Shown: positions 24,600-37,810 of the stretch, one piece after another
Position numbering within the stretch: position 1 is the stretch's first letter
How the letters are laid out: every line of letters starts with the position of its first letter
NCBI GenBank assembly: GCA_044892525.1
Contig: CM097885.1
Location: 267,592,001-267,656,000, forward strand
Length of the DNA stretch: 64,000 bases
Direction: 5' to 3'
From: Schmidtea polychroa
Taxonomy: Eukaryota
Notes under the pieces: model-generated
What the model was told of the DNA's origin: nothing
Databases searched by the model: none
The model's input: only the letters and a program-made list of their open reading frames with translations
Program-made: the position numbers and the translations under genes

Positions 24600-24926
24600 A
24601 CATTTTATAAATTGATAATTAAAAATAAATAAAATTTTAATTTAAAATTATTTTTTGACAATTTTGTATTTAAATATAATTTTTAATTAATTTAATTTAA
24701 TTTAATTTAAATAAATTTTAATTATATAATTTTTATAGATTTCAAATATATTAATTAAAAAATTTAATTAAAATTTTAATTAGGTTTCAAAATTGCTGAT
24801 TTTATTTCTGAATAAATATTTATTTTTAAAAGTTTGAACAAATATTATTTTAATTTTAATTTAAAAATTAAATAAAAAAAATCGAATTTTTTATTTTTAA
24901 ATTAAAAAATATATAAAGAATGTTTT

Positions 24927-24971
<45 letters not shown>

Positions 24972-25900
24972 TATTATAATTTAAAAAATTAAATAAAATT
25001 TTAACGAGGTTTCAAAATCGCTTATTTTATTTCCGAAAAAATATTTATTTTACGAGTTAAAATTTGTTAAATTAAATTTTCAAATAAAAAAATTCATTAA
25101 AAAGCAATTTAATTTCCTAGATATAATTTTTTAAAATTTTTTTAAAATTCAACTATTTATTTATCAATTATTTTAAAAAATTTTTCATTAAAAATTCTTG
25201 GACAAATATAATTTAAATTAATAAAATAAAATTTATTATTTAATTTAAATTATTTATTTATTTAATTTTTATAGATTAAAAAAATTTAATTAAAAAATAT
25301 AAAGAATTTTTCTTTAATTTACATATATAATTATTATTAATATTAATTAAAAAAAATTAAATAAAATTTTAATTTATTTTTTAAAAATTCAATTATTTAT
25401 TCATTTATTATTTGGACAAATATTATTTTAATTTTAATTTAAAAATTCAATAAAATAAAATTTGTTATTTAATTTTAATTATTTAGTTATATAATTTTTA
25501 TGGATTTCAAAATGTTTTTTTTCAAAAGATTTTTTTTTATAATTAAATTTATTTAATTTATTTATATATGTAGTTATTATTAAAATTAAAAAATCGTATT
25601 CAAAAACTATTTAAAAAATTTTTTATTAAAATTATTTGGACAAATATTATTTTAATTTTAAAATAGAAAAATCATTACATATTTTTATTATTAACAATTT
25701 ATATTTTTTAATTATTTAATAAAAAGATTTTTTTTTATTTTTTATTAAATATATATAATAAAAAGACTCAAAATATTGATAAATTAAAATAAAATTGAAT
25801 TTTTATAAAACTAAATTTTCTATATAAAAAAATTAAATGTTTATTCACATTTTTATATTTTTTTATTCTTTTCTGTTGAATAAAATATTATTTCAATTTG
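24600..25900. repeat. Extremely AT-rich degenerate tandem repeat / low-complexity region
   Basis: Recurrent blocks such as GGTTTCAAAAT(T/C)GCT and GGACAAATATTATTTTAATTTT at intervals of a few hundred bp; (TA)n at ~24935-24965. Confidence 0.55.
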
Positions 25901-27726
25901 TTTATTAACAAACATCAAATTATTTAGCTTAGGAAAATAATTGAATTTCATCACATGTACAAGCTATTATAATTAATACAAATTTCCCTTGCATTTCATA
26001 ATTTTCTCATTCCGACAGCACATTTATTACAATTTCATCCATTTCCGTCTTTTATTTTCAGATTATTGATCAATATTTTGTTTTCTATGTAAACAATAAT
26101 TGAAATGTAAAACCAAATCTAGATCGATAGGCAGATAAGAAATGAAGATAATAGAAAATGAAAAATTTTAAGGAATAAAATAAACAAATAAACAAGCGGT
26201 GAAATAAACAAATCATTTTGTAGCAAAAAACAAATCTAAATCACAACAATATTTATTATTTCTACAGCACATAAATGTCACTCTTGATAAATTTTGATTG
26301 AACTTTGGCCTTTCTTTGATATTCTTGAATTCTTTAATCAAATTTTCTGATTTCGCTATCAATAATGCGTTGTGGAAATGTTGTACATGTATTTGCATGA
26401 GTGGCAGCTCTGTTTGGTTGTGCGTTTATTCCACATGTCGACTTGCACTTGAGTTGCGCATGAATTGCCTTGAAGCAGAATTATAGAATTCTATGTTTTG
26501 ATTGGGGGTCGGCCGATCTCCAATCATTGATTATTAGCACCAGAAACAGCACGCTTTCATATCTTGGATTTTAAGCACAATTGACTGGAATATTTCATTT
26601 ACCTCTTAGTTTTTTGCTTTTGCTTTATTAATATCTTTCATATAGCATTTCCGAATAGACTGATACCTATCCATTGAAGGCCCTCGAGTTCTGATCCGTA
26701 TTACTATTACTATTACAATTTTGCTAACATATGCTACATATACGGTGGTATACGGTGGTGTAGCACCTTTTATTTCACACGCCAATGCGCAATTTCTATT
26801 AAAGGTGCCAGTTCTCAAGTTCTCAAGTTTGCAAATATAAAATCATATTTAAAATATCACAAAAAATAGAAATTCATAATATAACTGTCAAATTGTTGAT
26901 CAAACTAAATCAAGCGTGAAAGACGGGAAGGGCATCTCATGGTTATTGTGGTCAGCTGTGGCCATCACGGTCTGTGGCGTGGACTCGTACACGAAAGATC
27001 TGTTGAAGCCCCGATTATGAATTATATATTTGTTAGTGTGCATTTTGAGTGTAATGGATATATTAATATAGACAACATAAATATTTATATTTATCATACA
27101 TAACTGTATTCATAAATTAATATAAACAAAAATAGCAATGCACAACGCACAAAGTAATAGAAATATCATTTAATATCATTATCAAGTAAAAATATCGAGG
27201 TAGGGAGGACATGTACCCTTTGCTCATTCCTACATAGCTAATTATGGTTTGGATTTTCATCTGACTAGAGGGGTTCCATCTATTTCCCCTATGATGATAT
27301 TCTAATGAGAAGAACTTATGGAAACTGAAGATTCAAGTGATAATTTTGTGAGTGAATATCTGAATGTTCATATCAAACTTTCATCATATTGGTAGGATTT
27401 CTGTACAGAGAATTGTGGTCTCAGGATTTGAATATAATTTCTTAATATGTGGTCTTCGGTTATAATCCAAAACTAAGAAACAGTAAAAATATTATTATTA
27501 TTATTATTATAAGAATCCATGTACGGCCGATTTTTAAATCTGTACCCTTCAATGTTATTCTCTTAATGCTTTCCTTATCACTCAGCAATATATAACATTT
27601 AGGTACACTCACGCTTTTTATTAAAGTTTTTTATTCTTGTCTTTGAACTTTCCAATGATAGAATCACGATGTTTTGGGAAGCCAATCACAACAAAAGAAA
27701 GCTAGACTTTATCTAACCTACAATTT

Positions 27727-28185
27727 TTAATCTCATATGGCAGTCACTATGTTGGTTGCAACTTCACTTTTATTGTCCTTTTGGTTGAAGACATGCTTGG
27801 TATCATATTCTTTCTCTTCACATTCACTGCCATCACAGCTACCTATAATGTTTAATATTGCAGACCATTCTACTGCCAGTCTTATTCTTTTAGAAGGATG
27901 AAAGGCTTTGTCACTTGTAGCGTGACCTGTTGAATATCCAACTTCTCCATTGACTTTCACCACCAAGTAGTATAGGTTTTTTGTCTTCACTGGATTGCTA
28001 GCCACAATTAACTTGCATGATATCAATCAGTGCATTGAGTGGATCATAGGTTCGCCTCCTACGCATCGACTTTTGAAGCTGCCAAACACTTTTTTGAAAA
28101 AGTCATACCCCTAATGCACACACATCTCTATTGGTTATATGGCTGTATGTGGGTGTGGTATACAGACAGTATCTATGATCTAGAA
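27727..28185. repeat. Dispersed fragment with paralogous copies at ~30990-31380 and ~32490-32720
   Basis: Shared translated text (GSCDGSECEEKEYDTKHV vs GGCDGSECEEKEYDSKHV) and shared DNA blocks (AAAAAGTCATACCC..AATG.ACACACATCTCTATTGGTTATATGGCTG). Origin not recognised. Confidence 0.7.
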
Positions 28186-28316
28186 CAGTGGTACGCAAAC
28201 TATGTGCCGCGGCATATTAGTGTGCCGTAAAAGAATTTAAAATACATTCTTTCTATTTGTGCCTTGACTTTTTTTTTTAATTTTGTGCCGGGAGGTAAAA
28301 AGTTTGCGTACCACTG
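28186..28316. mobile_element. hAT (Charlie-like) MITE, 131 bp
   Basis: TIR CAGTGGTACGCAAAC; perfect 8-bp TSD ATCTAGAA (28178-28185; 28317-28324), matching the NTCTAGAN target preference. Confidence 0.9.
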
Positions 28317-28443
28317 ATCTAGAATCTAGATGCTGCATGCTAGCAACAGGCTGTAATTAATATTTGCAATATGTAAAATATTGAATATCGGTAAAGTTGA
28401 GTCAAATAATAAATTAATTTAAATTAATCTAGAATTATCGAGC

Positions 28444-29427
28444 CTAGGTAGAGATGGGAAATGCTGCCTAGGTAAAGATGGGAAATGCTGCCTAGGTAGA
28501 GATGAGAAATGCTGGCTAGGTAGAGATGGGAAATGCTGCCTAGGTAAAGATGGGAAATGCTGCCTAGGTAGAAATGGGAAACGCTGCCTAGGTAAAGATG
28601 GGAAATGCTGCCTAGGTAGAAATGGGAAACGCTGCCTAGGTAGAGATGGGAAATGCTGGCTAGGTAGAGATGGGAAATGCTGCCTAGGTAGAGATGGGAA
28701 ATGCTGCCTAGGTAAAGATGGGAAATGCTGGCTAGGTAGAGATGAGAAATGCTGGCTAGGTAGAGATGGGAAATGCTGCCTAGGTAGAGATGGGAAATGC
28801 TGCCTAGGTAGAGATGGGAAATGCTGCCTAGGTAGAGATGGGAAATGCTGCCTAGGTAGAGATGGGAAATGCTGCCTAGGTAGAGATGGGAAATGCTGCC
28901 TAGGTAGAGATGGGAAATGCTGCCTAGGTAAAGATGGGAAATGCTGGCTAGGTAAAGATGGGAAATGCTGCCTAGGTAGAGATGGGAAATGCTGCCTAGG
29001 TAAAGATGGGAAATGCTGCCTAGGTAGAGATGAGAAATGCTGGCTAGGTAGAGATGGGAAATGCTGCCTAGGTAGAGATGGGAATTGCTGCCTAGGTAGA
29101 AATGGGAAATGCTGCCTAGGTAGAGATGGGAAATGCTGCCTAGGTAGAGATGGGAAATGCTGCCTAGGTAGAGATGGGAAATGCTGCCTAGGTAGAGATG
29201 AGAAATGCTGGCTAGGTAGAGATGGGAAATGCTGCCTAGGTAGAGATGGGAAATGCTGCCTAGGTAAAGATGGGAAATGCTGGCTAGGTAGAGATGAGAA
29301 ATGCTGGCTAGGTAGAGATGGGAAATGCTGCCTAGGTAGAGATGGGAAATGCTGTCTAGGTAGAAATGAGAAATGCTGGCTAGGTAGAGATGAGAAATGC
29401 TGGCTAGGTAGAGATGGGAAATGCTGC
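28444..29427. repeat. Minisatellite: 41 tandem 24-bp units (CTAGGTAGAGATGGGAAATGCTGC)
   Basis: Exactly 984 bp with no indels; units differ only by point substitutions. Confidence 0.97.
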
Positions 29428-29932
29428 CTAGGTAAAGGGGAAATGATTGTTACTGATGTCTGATATGACAAACGAGCCGTCGAAATATATTGCAAAAATA
29501 TATTTGAAATAATTTTATCATATATTTTATATTTATTATTATTATAATTAAAACAAAAAATATTTGATAATAAGAACTTATGCAAAATTTCTATAATTTA
29601 GTAAAATTTTCTGTTGAAATTATCATTTTATTTTACGCTTCATTGATTTCGCTGTGCAAACTAGACAAATTTGTCATTGAATTTAGTGCTGATGATTTGT
29701 ATAAATGAAAATAATAATTGTTCTAATGAATATAATTTACTGCGGTTATATATATTCAGTATCAGTTGGAGTCGTCCTGTCCAAGTCATGAAATGTATGG
29801 CGGCACAGATGGAGGTTTTCACTATGTTTATACAAATGTCTTTTCATGACATTTTCATATTTCCATCAGCACGTATTAAATATATTCTGTGATCTGGGGT
29901 TGTTCATTCGTGCTTTATCTGAATTGCTATGA

Positions 29933-29970
<38 letters not shown>

Positions 29971-30738
29971 GAGGGGGAGGGAGGGTACGGGGGTTACTTA
30001 TTGTGGTTTATTTACTCGCTACATGAGATACAACGATGAAATGTTATAATCAAATGGAGCTGCAAATATGCAAGATCAATGATCCGATCAAATAGTTCAC
30101 AATGATTCAGTCAGTGGAATCAGATCAGCTGTTCCTTTACAAGTTTATTCTCGATGTAAATGATAGCAACCAATAACATTTTCACTAGGAACTTTATCCT
30201 TATACATTGTAATAGATTCGTATTCTTCCTTTAATTATTGTTTCGGCTTCCTCAACTGGCAATGAAACAAGTTCAGCAAATCATGTTCATAGCTTTATGA
30301 TATTCTCTCCAATGATCATGAGTTGCCACCTTGAATAGGGTATAAGATGATGCCTGTGTATATTGATGTAAGCAAATGGGCCATCGATGCATATTTGTTT
30401 GCATTTTGCACCATGTTTGAACTGTTTGTTAGCTTGCCTAAACCACCATCACCTATGCTTATTAGTCAATATCAATCAGAGATCATTTGCATTTGTTCAT
30501 GCATACATCATATAGCTTTTGTATCGCTTTGATTGCGCCTCCTGCTCTCTGTTTAGGCCGTTGTTTATTCAAAGAAGATGGTACTTTCTTCCAGTGATTC
30601 TCCAAACAGCATAATGCTTTATTATGAAACTTCAATACTTTTGACAAATTGTATGTCTGGTCAGCAAACCAGTAGGCTGCTCAAGCGTACCTATTGTGCT
30701 TGATAAATGTGTAGAAATGTAATCACCATTCTTTAAGC

Positions 30739-30951
30739 CAGTGTTTCTCAAACTATGGGTCGCGACCCATTTTTGGGTCGCGAAAGAATTTTTGGTGGGT
30801 CGCGATGACTTATGGAAAGATCTACAAATATAAATTTTGGAAGTTTAAGCCTTTTAAATTTATTTAATCTTTGTCATGTGGGTCGCAATAAAATTTTTGG
30901 CATGAAATGTCAAAAATTTGGGTCGTGATCAAAAAAGTTTGAGAACCACTG
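30739..30951. mobile_element. hAT MITE, 213 bp
   Basis: TIR CAGTG(T/G)TTCTCAAAC; perfect 8-bp TSD CTTTAAGC on both sides. Confidence 0.92.
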
Positions 30952-33900
30952 CTTTAAGCAATAGTTGTTAGGTCATTTCCTTCTTTAATTTCGAGGCTTC
31001 TCTCAATGTTGACTTATATATTTCTGACTGACAAGGTTTGGAATTTCCAAACCTTGCGACTATATCTTACATTTTTCACACATTTTTTGGTTGATACTCC
31101 TTTGGCAGTCACTATGCTGGTTGCAACTTCACTTTTATTGCCCTTTCTGCTGAGGACATGCTTACTATCATATTCTTTCTCTTCACATTCACTGCCATCA
31201 CAGCCACCAATACTGTCTATATTTTCGAATTCATTTAACGTTGAGTTCAATGTTGCCGACCATTCTACTCCCAATCTTATTCTTTTAAAAGGATGAAAGG
31301 TTTCGTTACTTGTAGCGTGTCCTGCTGAATATCCAACTTACCCATTGACTTCCACCACCAAGTACACCCGTTTCCACATGTTAAAAGTCTTTATAATACA
31401 TGTTGGTGTGTTCATCTATCGATGACTCACCATTTATGAGAATGTTTATTTCATTTTTTCATTCTCAATTCAATTTTATTTATGGTTTTAGAAGTAAGTT
31501 TTTTAAATTTAAGTATATTTTAAGGCTTGAATTTTGATTTCATATAATTATGAGATCATTATTCAAGCTCTTAAATATTACTTGTAATCAGCATTTATAA
31601 TATATTTATAATATATTGATAATTAAATTTCAGGTGCTTTTTTAGGTATTTTATGATATGTTATGAATTTGGAATTATTTCAATAAAATGTAAGTTATAT
31701 ATATTTTTAACTAAAAAGAAATAAAATAATCACCAAAAACATTTATTTTTTTAAGAAATAATGGTTCCAATCGATTTTTTGGAGATTCCCAGTAATCTTC
31801 CAAAATCTTTATAATTTTCTCTATTTTCATATGCATTGAGACGGATTTTGTCATTTTCTGAAATTCTTTGAAAATATTATTTTTTTTTAGTTATTAAAAT
31901 TTACGATTTTCGAATTTTTTTCTTCAATTCCAAAAATGTCGATGGAACTTGTTGAATATCTTCACACAAAGGCGTTTGACTAGAAATATCTGATATGCTG
32001 TAAAATATTTTAATTATTTGTAATTAAATAAAAAAATTCTTACATTGTCAGATCTTCACCTTCGCAAAATGGAAATGTCTCCAAAGAAATATCTGAAAAT
32101 CTAAAGAAATATTAACTTCAAAAATATTTTATAAATAGATCTTACGATGTTTTGTCGTCCATTTCTCAAAAACTCAAAGTTGAGTTGTCAGATTCAAAAT
32201 CCAAATTTTTTTCAGCCATGAATTTTAATAATTTTAAATTAATGATATGTTAACAGTATGTTAATGACTCTCTACTTTCGGAACAAAAAAAGCTATATTA
32301 AATTTGCGTGTATTTTATATTATGTGTCCTGTGTTTGTATGTAAAATTATTTTTCTGTCACTTTCTCAATTCCTATAATAAAACTTTCTACATTCGGAAC
32401 ATTAAATTTTTGCACACAGGTAAGTTTGTGTGTTGCTATAATATAATTTTATCGATTTTTTTTTTAGATTATAGAAACTTTTATATTGTGGAAACGGGTG
32501 TAGTATAGGTTTTTTGTCTTCACTGGATTGCCAGTCACAATTAACTTGTGTCATATGAAACAGTGCATTGAGCATATCATAATTCCGCTTCCTGACGCAT
32601 CGATTTATGACGCTGGCAAACATTTACTTGCAAAAAGTCATACCCTTAATGAACACACATCTCTATTGGTTATATGGCTGGATGTGGATGTAGTATACAG
32701 ACAGCATCTATGATCGAGAACAAGACCGCTGAGAACGAACGCATATTTATTTATCTTATATAACCGACTGAACTCTGTTGTTACTCGCACCACGCCAAGA
32801 TACGACCACTGTCTCTTTCTTGTACAGTACTTATTTTGGTATTCGGTTTGCCTTCGCTGCCCTTGACATGCGCTTGTATGCACAACGCCCTGAAGAAGTA
32901 ACAGGTGAGTAATATTTATCCCTAAATTAGTTATACTTACTTTTGGGTAGTAATAATATCAAAGTATTAGTAATGATCAGCTTGAAAATTTATATACATT
33001 AATCCATAAACAAAAATTGAATATGCATGCATTAAAACAATATATTATTAAAAAGAATTATTTGTTTATTCAAAAATAATATTTTTAAACAAAACACATT
33101 AACTTTGCTTAATTAATAATTCCACAGAATATGAATATGTTTTCCTGTAATAAAGTTAACCGTGAATCTAACTTACACTTATATTTTTATTAAAGGAGTC
33201 CGCGAGCTATCGAACAATTTTAAAAGGGACCCCGTGCAGTAATTTTTAAAAAGTTTCAGAACCGCTGCTCTAGATGCATGCTAGCAACAGGCTGCAATTA
33301 ATATTTGCGTTATGTAAAATATTGAATATCAGTAAAGTTGAGTCAAATAATAAATTAATTTAGAAGTATCGATTTTTCTTTATCACTTTGTCTACAACCC
33401 TGCCTTGATAGAGATGCCAAATTCCTCAAACTTTGAAAATTTCGAGTATTTGATTAATTATATACAAATATAATGATTAGTGTTAGCAATAATCCGTGTT
33501 CGCCCTTATCGTATGACTTTGCTAAAACCGCCATTAAATAAAGATTTTTTCATAGTTTTTATTTTTAATTCCAATTTAGATACAAAATTTCATATTTTAA
33601 TATTACAAAAATTAATAAAATCAGGTACAATTTATTAAAATAATATAAATATAGTTAAGCAAAAAAAATGTTTAATGAAAAATTTTACCCTTACTCTTTT
33701 AAAAAATTTGTGAAAATATTTCAAGTCAATAAAAATAATAATAATAATTCAACCAACAACAAAATACCAACAACTAGATACAAACTGGATACAAACAACT
33801 AAATACACCTAAATCCGAAATATAAAAGTTTCTATAATCTAAAAAAATCAATAAAATTATACTATAGCAACAGACAAACTGACCTTGTGTGCAAAAATTT

Positions 33901-34329
33901 AATGTTCCGAATGTTAAAAGTTTATAATTTAACGAAACTTATCTAACAATTAAAATCTCAATTGGCTAATAAATTAAAACATAACTTCAAATTATTTTTA
34001 TTTTAAAAGACAGCATAATAATTTTCATATTTAAATTTTTTAACTCATCAAAAAATGACTTCACTATCTTAAAAAAACACTAGTTGATGAAAAAAGAGGT
34101 TTCCAAGAAAAGTGAGAGAATATATATATTCAGTGTCTTACATGTCAATAGACAATCGCAGTAATAAAGGAGTTCAACCTTCACCATCATTACAACACCA
34201 TGCCCCGTGAAAAATATGATAAATTTACTGAAAAACTCAGCAATGAAAAAGTTAATCAAATTTTTTTTCTTATGTAAACAAGTTTGTTGAAAATTGTGTA
34301 AAAAACATTTTGAGCTAAGCAAGATGATA

Positions 34330-35100
34330 ACTAAGTCATCGCGACCTTTCACAGAGAGTCCCTTTCATTGTTTGCCATCGAAATTTTAATTCCTGATAAA
34401 AAGAAACATTTTGAAGGCATATGATTTTCTGCCAATACAGGTGCTAACAGGTTTGCAGATTTAGCAGATAATGTGAAAAAAATTGCTTTAAAAGTCTAAA
34501 GATTTTGAAGCATATTTGATCGCTCTTGATGAGAGTACTGATGTGGCAGATACCTTACAGCAGGGATATTCAACTAAATATTATGAAGGGCCAAATTTAT
34601 CTTATAACGGCAATCGAGGGCCGTATCAATTAAAAAGTAGTTAGTTTTGTAGCGGATTACAAAGTAACAAAAATAAACTGGTTTTAGTAATTGTTATTCT
34701 ATTACCAAGTATTATAATGGTTACCATTTATTTTTATATTATTATATATTTTCCTGGCGCATTTTAAATTAATAACTTTATTGCCATTTTTTCTTTTAAT
34801 TTTTCTGGTGTTAGACGCATTTTCCAAGAAATTTAAATGATCACAGCCGCTTAAACACATATTAATTTTATTAAATATTAAGTAAACCCCGTTTCCTATT
34901 CAAACCTACAAACACATTTTCAATACCTGTGCGTTTTTATGCAGATATCACCAAATATTTTTATAAATGTGTAATATTCCAAGATCTTGAAAGGGCCTTT
35001 TTCAAATTTCGGCGGGCCTGATCTGGCCCGCGGGCCGCCAGTTGAATATCCCTGCCTTACAGTGTGCAGTTTTCATTAAAGGAATGGGCGTAAACTGAAT
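34330..35100 (+). pseudogene. SPIN/Buster-like hAT transposase remnant interrupted by a MITE
   Basis: Removing the MITE and one TSD restores FEAYLIALDESTDVADTLQCAVFIKG (cf. SLALDESTDxxDTAQLAIFIRG); SRPFTE upstream. Confidence 0.7.
34561..35054. mobile_element. hAT MITE, 494 bp
   Basis: TIR CAGGGATATTCAACT with subterminal GGCCCGCGGGCC; perfect 8-bp TSD CCTTACAG. Confidence 0.92.
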
Positions 35101-35353
35101 GTAACTGAATTTTATACCCTTGGACTCGTTTTAACTTGACAGAAATGAATTCACATGGAACTTGGTTCTACCACTTAGACCTTTTTCATCATCATAAAAA
35201 TGAATAAACATAAACTAAAAGGAATTATATTGCATAAATTCACACTTCACCATTAACATATTTGATGATGCACAAAGTTTGAGTGCTCACCTTTACACTG
35301 TAGTTGGTTGAACCGTGAAAATGTTTTCGATGCTTCACATTTCAACTTTCGAT

Positions 35354-35770
35354 TTACTTTTCGAAGTAGTTAATAATTCTTTGTTTGGAATTGAGGTCTG
35401 CTATAAAGTTTAGGAGCTTCTCATTCTTCGCAATGGATTTTTTCACATTCAAGGAATACTTTTCTTTGACGGCCTGCAATCAATCGTTATATGTTCTATA
35501 TTAATGTAATATTCAGGTTACTTTAAATGTATATTTCGTAGATATAAAAATGTTGATAAGCATTTCCATGTAGATCAAAACGCATTCCTTCAACTGGGCA
35601 ACACTGTACAATGTATAATGTTGTAAGATCTTGCTCCAAGATGGATATTCGGTGTAGAATATAAATCTACCCATAAAAATTGCTGCTGCAGATTTACATG
35701 ACGACCTTATTCCTGGACTTGCTGGGTGAAGAATTATTAGGTCGAACATGAAATTGCAGAATACCTCCAT
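35354..35770 (-). CDS. 3' exons (35770-35522, 35473-35354) of the mitotic cyclin gene: C-terminal cyclin fold
   Basis: AG acceptor at 35772-35771; MEVFCNFMFDLII..SSCKSAAAIFMG..WSKILQHYTLYSVAQL resembles the cyclin B C-terminal fold; a 48-nt GT-AG intron leads to AVKEKYS..., stop at 35354. Confidence 0.8.
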
Positions 35771-36029
35771 CTAAAAAAATTAAAATTATAAAGCATTAAA
35801 ATGATTTACGAGCATAAATTGACCAATTAATATTCAATTTCCTATCTTTCTCTTAAGTTTCTCCTATGTAAAATTTCAGGCGCATCCCAGATGTAGAGAA
35901 GGTCCATTCATGGCCTTTTTTAATTAAATGCGTTTGAAAGATATTATCCAAATATATATCTTATTATGAACACACATACACACTAACATACAAAATATAC
36001 ACGCGAATACTCTCAGACACATACACACC

Positions 36030-37810
36030 AGTGTGACACCACCAAACACCACTGAGAACTGTTTCCTATAATATAAGAAAAAATCAATAATCTTACATAA
36101 TAGAAACATACATACTTACTTTGATTTAACAGTGATGTTCTCATTTATAGCTCAGTGAGATACACCTTATACTATAGAAATCTGAAAAGTGGAAGAAAAA
36201 TTAAAAACTATACATACAAGTGCAACACATACTAAAAAACACAATCAAACTTTTGATTTGTAGAAATGTAACGCTGAGATACGTTTCTATAATAACTTTA
36301 TTTTATACAATTGTTACAAAAAAAGATGGCTGAAAATTTTTAAAAAATATATTTTTAATGAAAATATCAAGAGTAGATGAATTTGATTCAATGTCTTTTC
36401 AATCCAGATTTTATTTCCTGAAAGAAGCCCTTCATATTGAGCTCAGAAAAAAAATTACAAAAATTAAAAAAATCATTTTATTATTTCGGCGCGTTTTCCC
36501 AAAATGTTTTAGAAAAATACATATTTTTGGTAATTGATTTATTTAATTATAATTAAAAATATATCTGACTCACATTTTTCGAAATAATTCCAAAATACTT
36601 AAAAATAAATGTCATAAAATTCCAAAAAACCCTGAAAATTAATTAAAAATAATTTATAATTATACTTTTGATTAAAATTAATATTTAAGAACACGAGATA
36701 ATGATCTCTATCTATATGGATCAAAACTCAAGTCTTAAAATTTACTTAAAATTTAATATCTTACCTGAAAGCCATTTGTAAAATGGCTAAATAAATTTCC
36801 AAAATATGATGAGAAATCCATGAGAAATTGATGAGAAATTCATTAAATTGGTGAGTGAGCAATTACTCTACACGCCAACCCCAACTATAGAGAATGTATC
36901 TCAGTGGTGTTTGGTGTATACAAATAATCTCATATGCGCACCAAAATACATACAGAAATACACAAAGACCTATGCCTAAACCAGAAACCGCTGAGATATC
37001 ATGCCTATAATGGTGGTTGACGTGTACAACAATTATTCGTGACTCACCATTTATCAGAAAATGAATTTTATTTTATGTAATTTATTTTAGCCATTTTAGA
37101 AATGGGTTTGAACTAAGTTTTAAAATTTTAAGTAATTTTTAAGGAATAAATATTAACTTTAAATAGATATAGATTATTCAAGTTCTTAAATATTGCTTTT
37201 ATTCAGCATTTATATTTTAATTTATTTTTATTTTCTTTTCAGTATTTTTTAGGATTTTGTGCATGAAATTTATTTTGGAGTTATTTCAATTTAATGTAGG
37301 ATAGAAAAATTTTGAATTATAATTAATTAAAGAAAGTAATTGCCAAAAATATATAATTTTCCAAAACATTTCGGGAAAAATCGCCGAGTATGAATAAAGT
37401 AATTTTTCAGATATTTTGTAACTTAATTTTAACTTAAATATAAATTCCTCAGTAATATTTTATCATTTTCATGACACCTTAACGTAGATTCTTCAAATAG
37501 ATTTCAAAATATTTTCAGCAATCTCTTTATTCTGAAAATTGTCTAAAATAAAGTTATTATAGAAACGTATCTCACTGACGCGTTTCTACATATCAAAAGT
37601 TTGCATGTATTTTTAGTATGTGTTGTGTTTGTGTGCAGTATATAATTTTTCTACCAATTTTTCGATTTCTATAGATTAAAGCGTATCTCATTGCACTATC
37701 AATGAGAACATCATCGTGAAATCAAAGTGAGTTTGTATGTTTGTATAACATAAAATTATTGATTCTTTTTCATATATTATAGGAAGCGTATCTCGCCGGT
37801 TTCTGGTGTA
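36030..37810. mobile_element. Foldback-type non-autonomous element (long diverged inverted arms); related pieces at ~39040-39280
   Basis: ~36100-36340 is a recognisable reverse complement of ~37500-37760 (TGATGTTCTCATT, GAGATACG, CAAACTTTTGAT blocks). Boundaries approximate. Confidence 0.6.

Noticed and set aside
26900-27097. MPFPSFTL segment reminiscent of DEG/ENaC 'FPAVT' motif
   Set aside because: Too short and degenerate; no supporting exons recognised.
28444-29427. CRISPR-like array
   Set aside because: Head-to-tail repeats without unique spacers, eukaryotic context, no cas genes.
30300-30500. Helitron/PIF1-like LISIGDG motif on the minus strand
   Set aside because: One short motif amid stops, with no other helicase motifs found.
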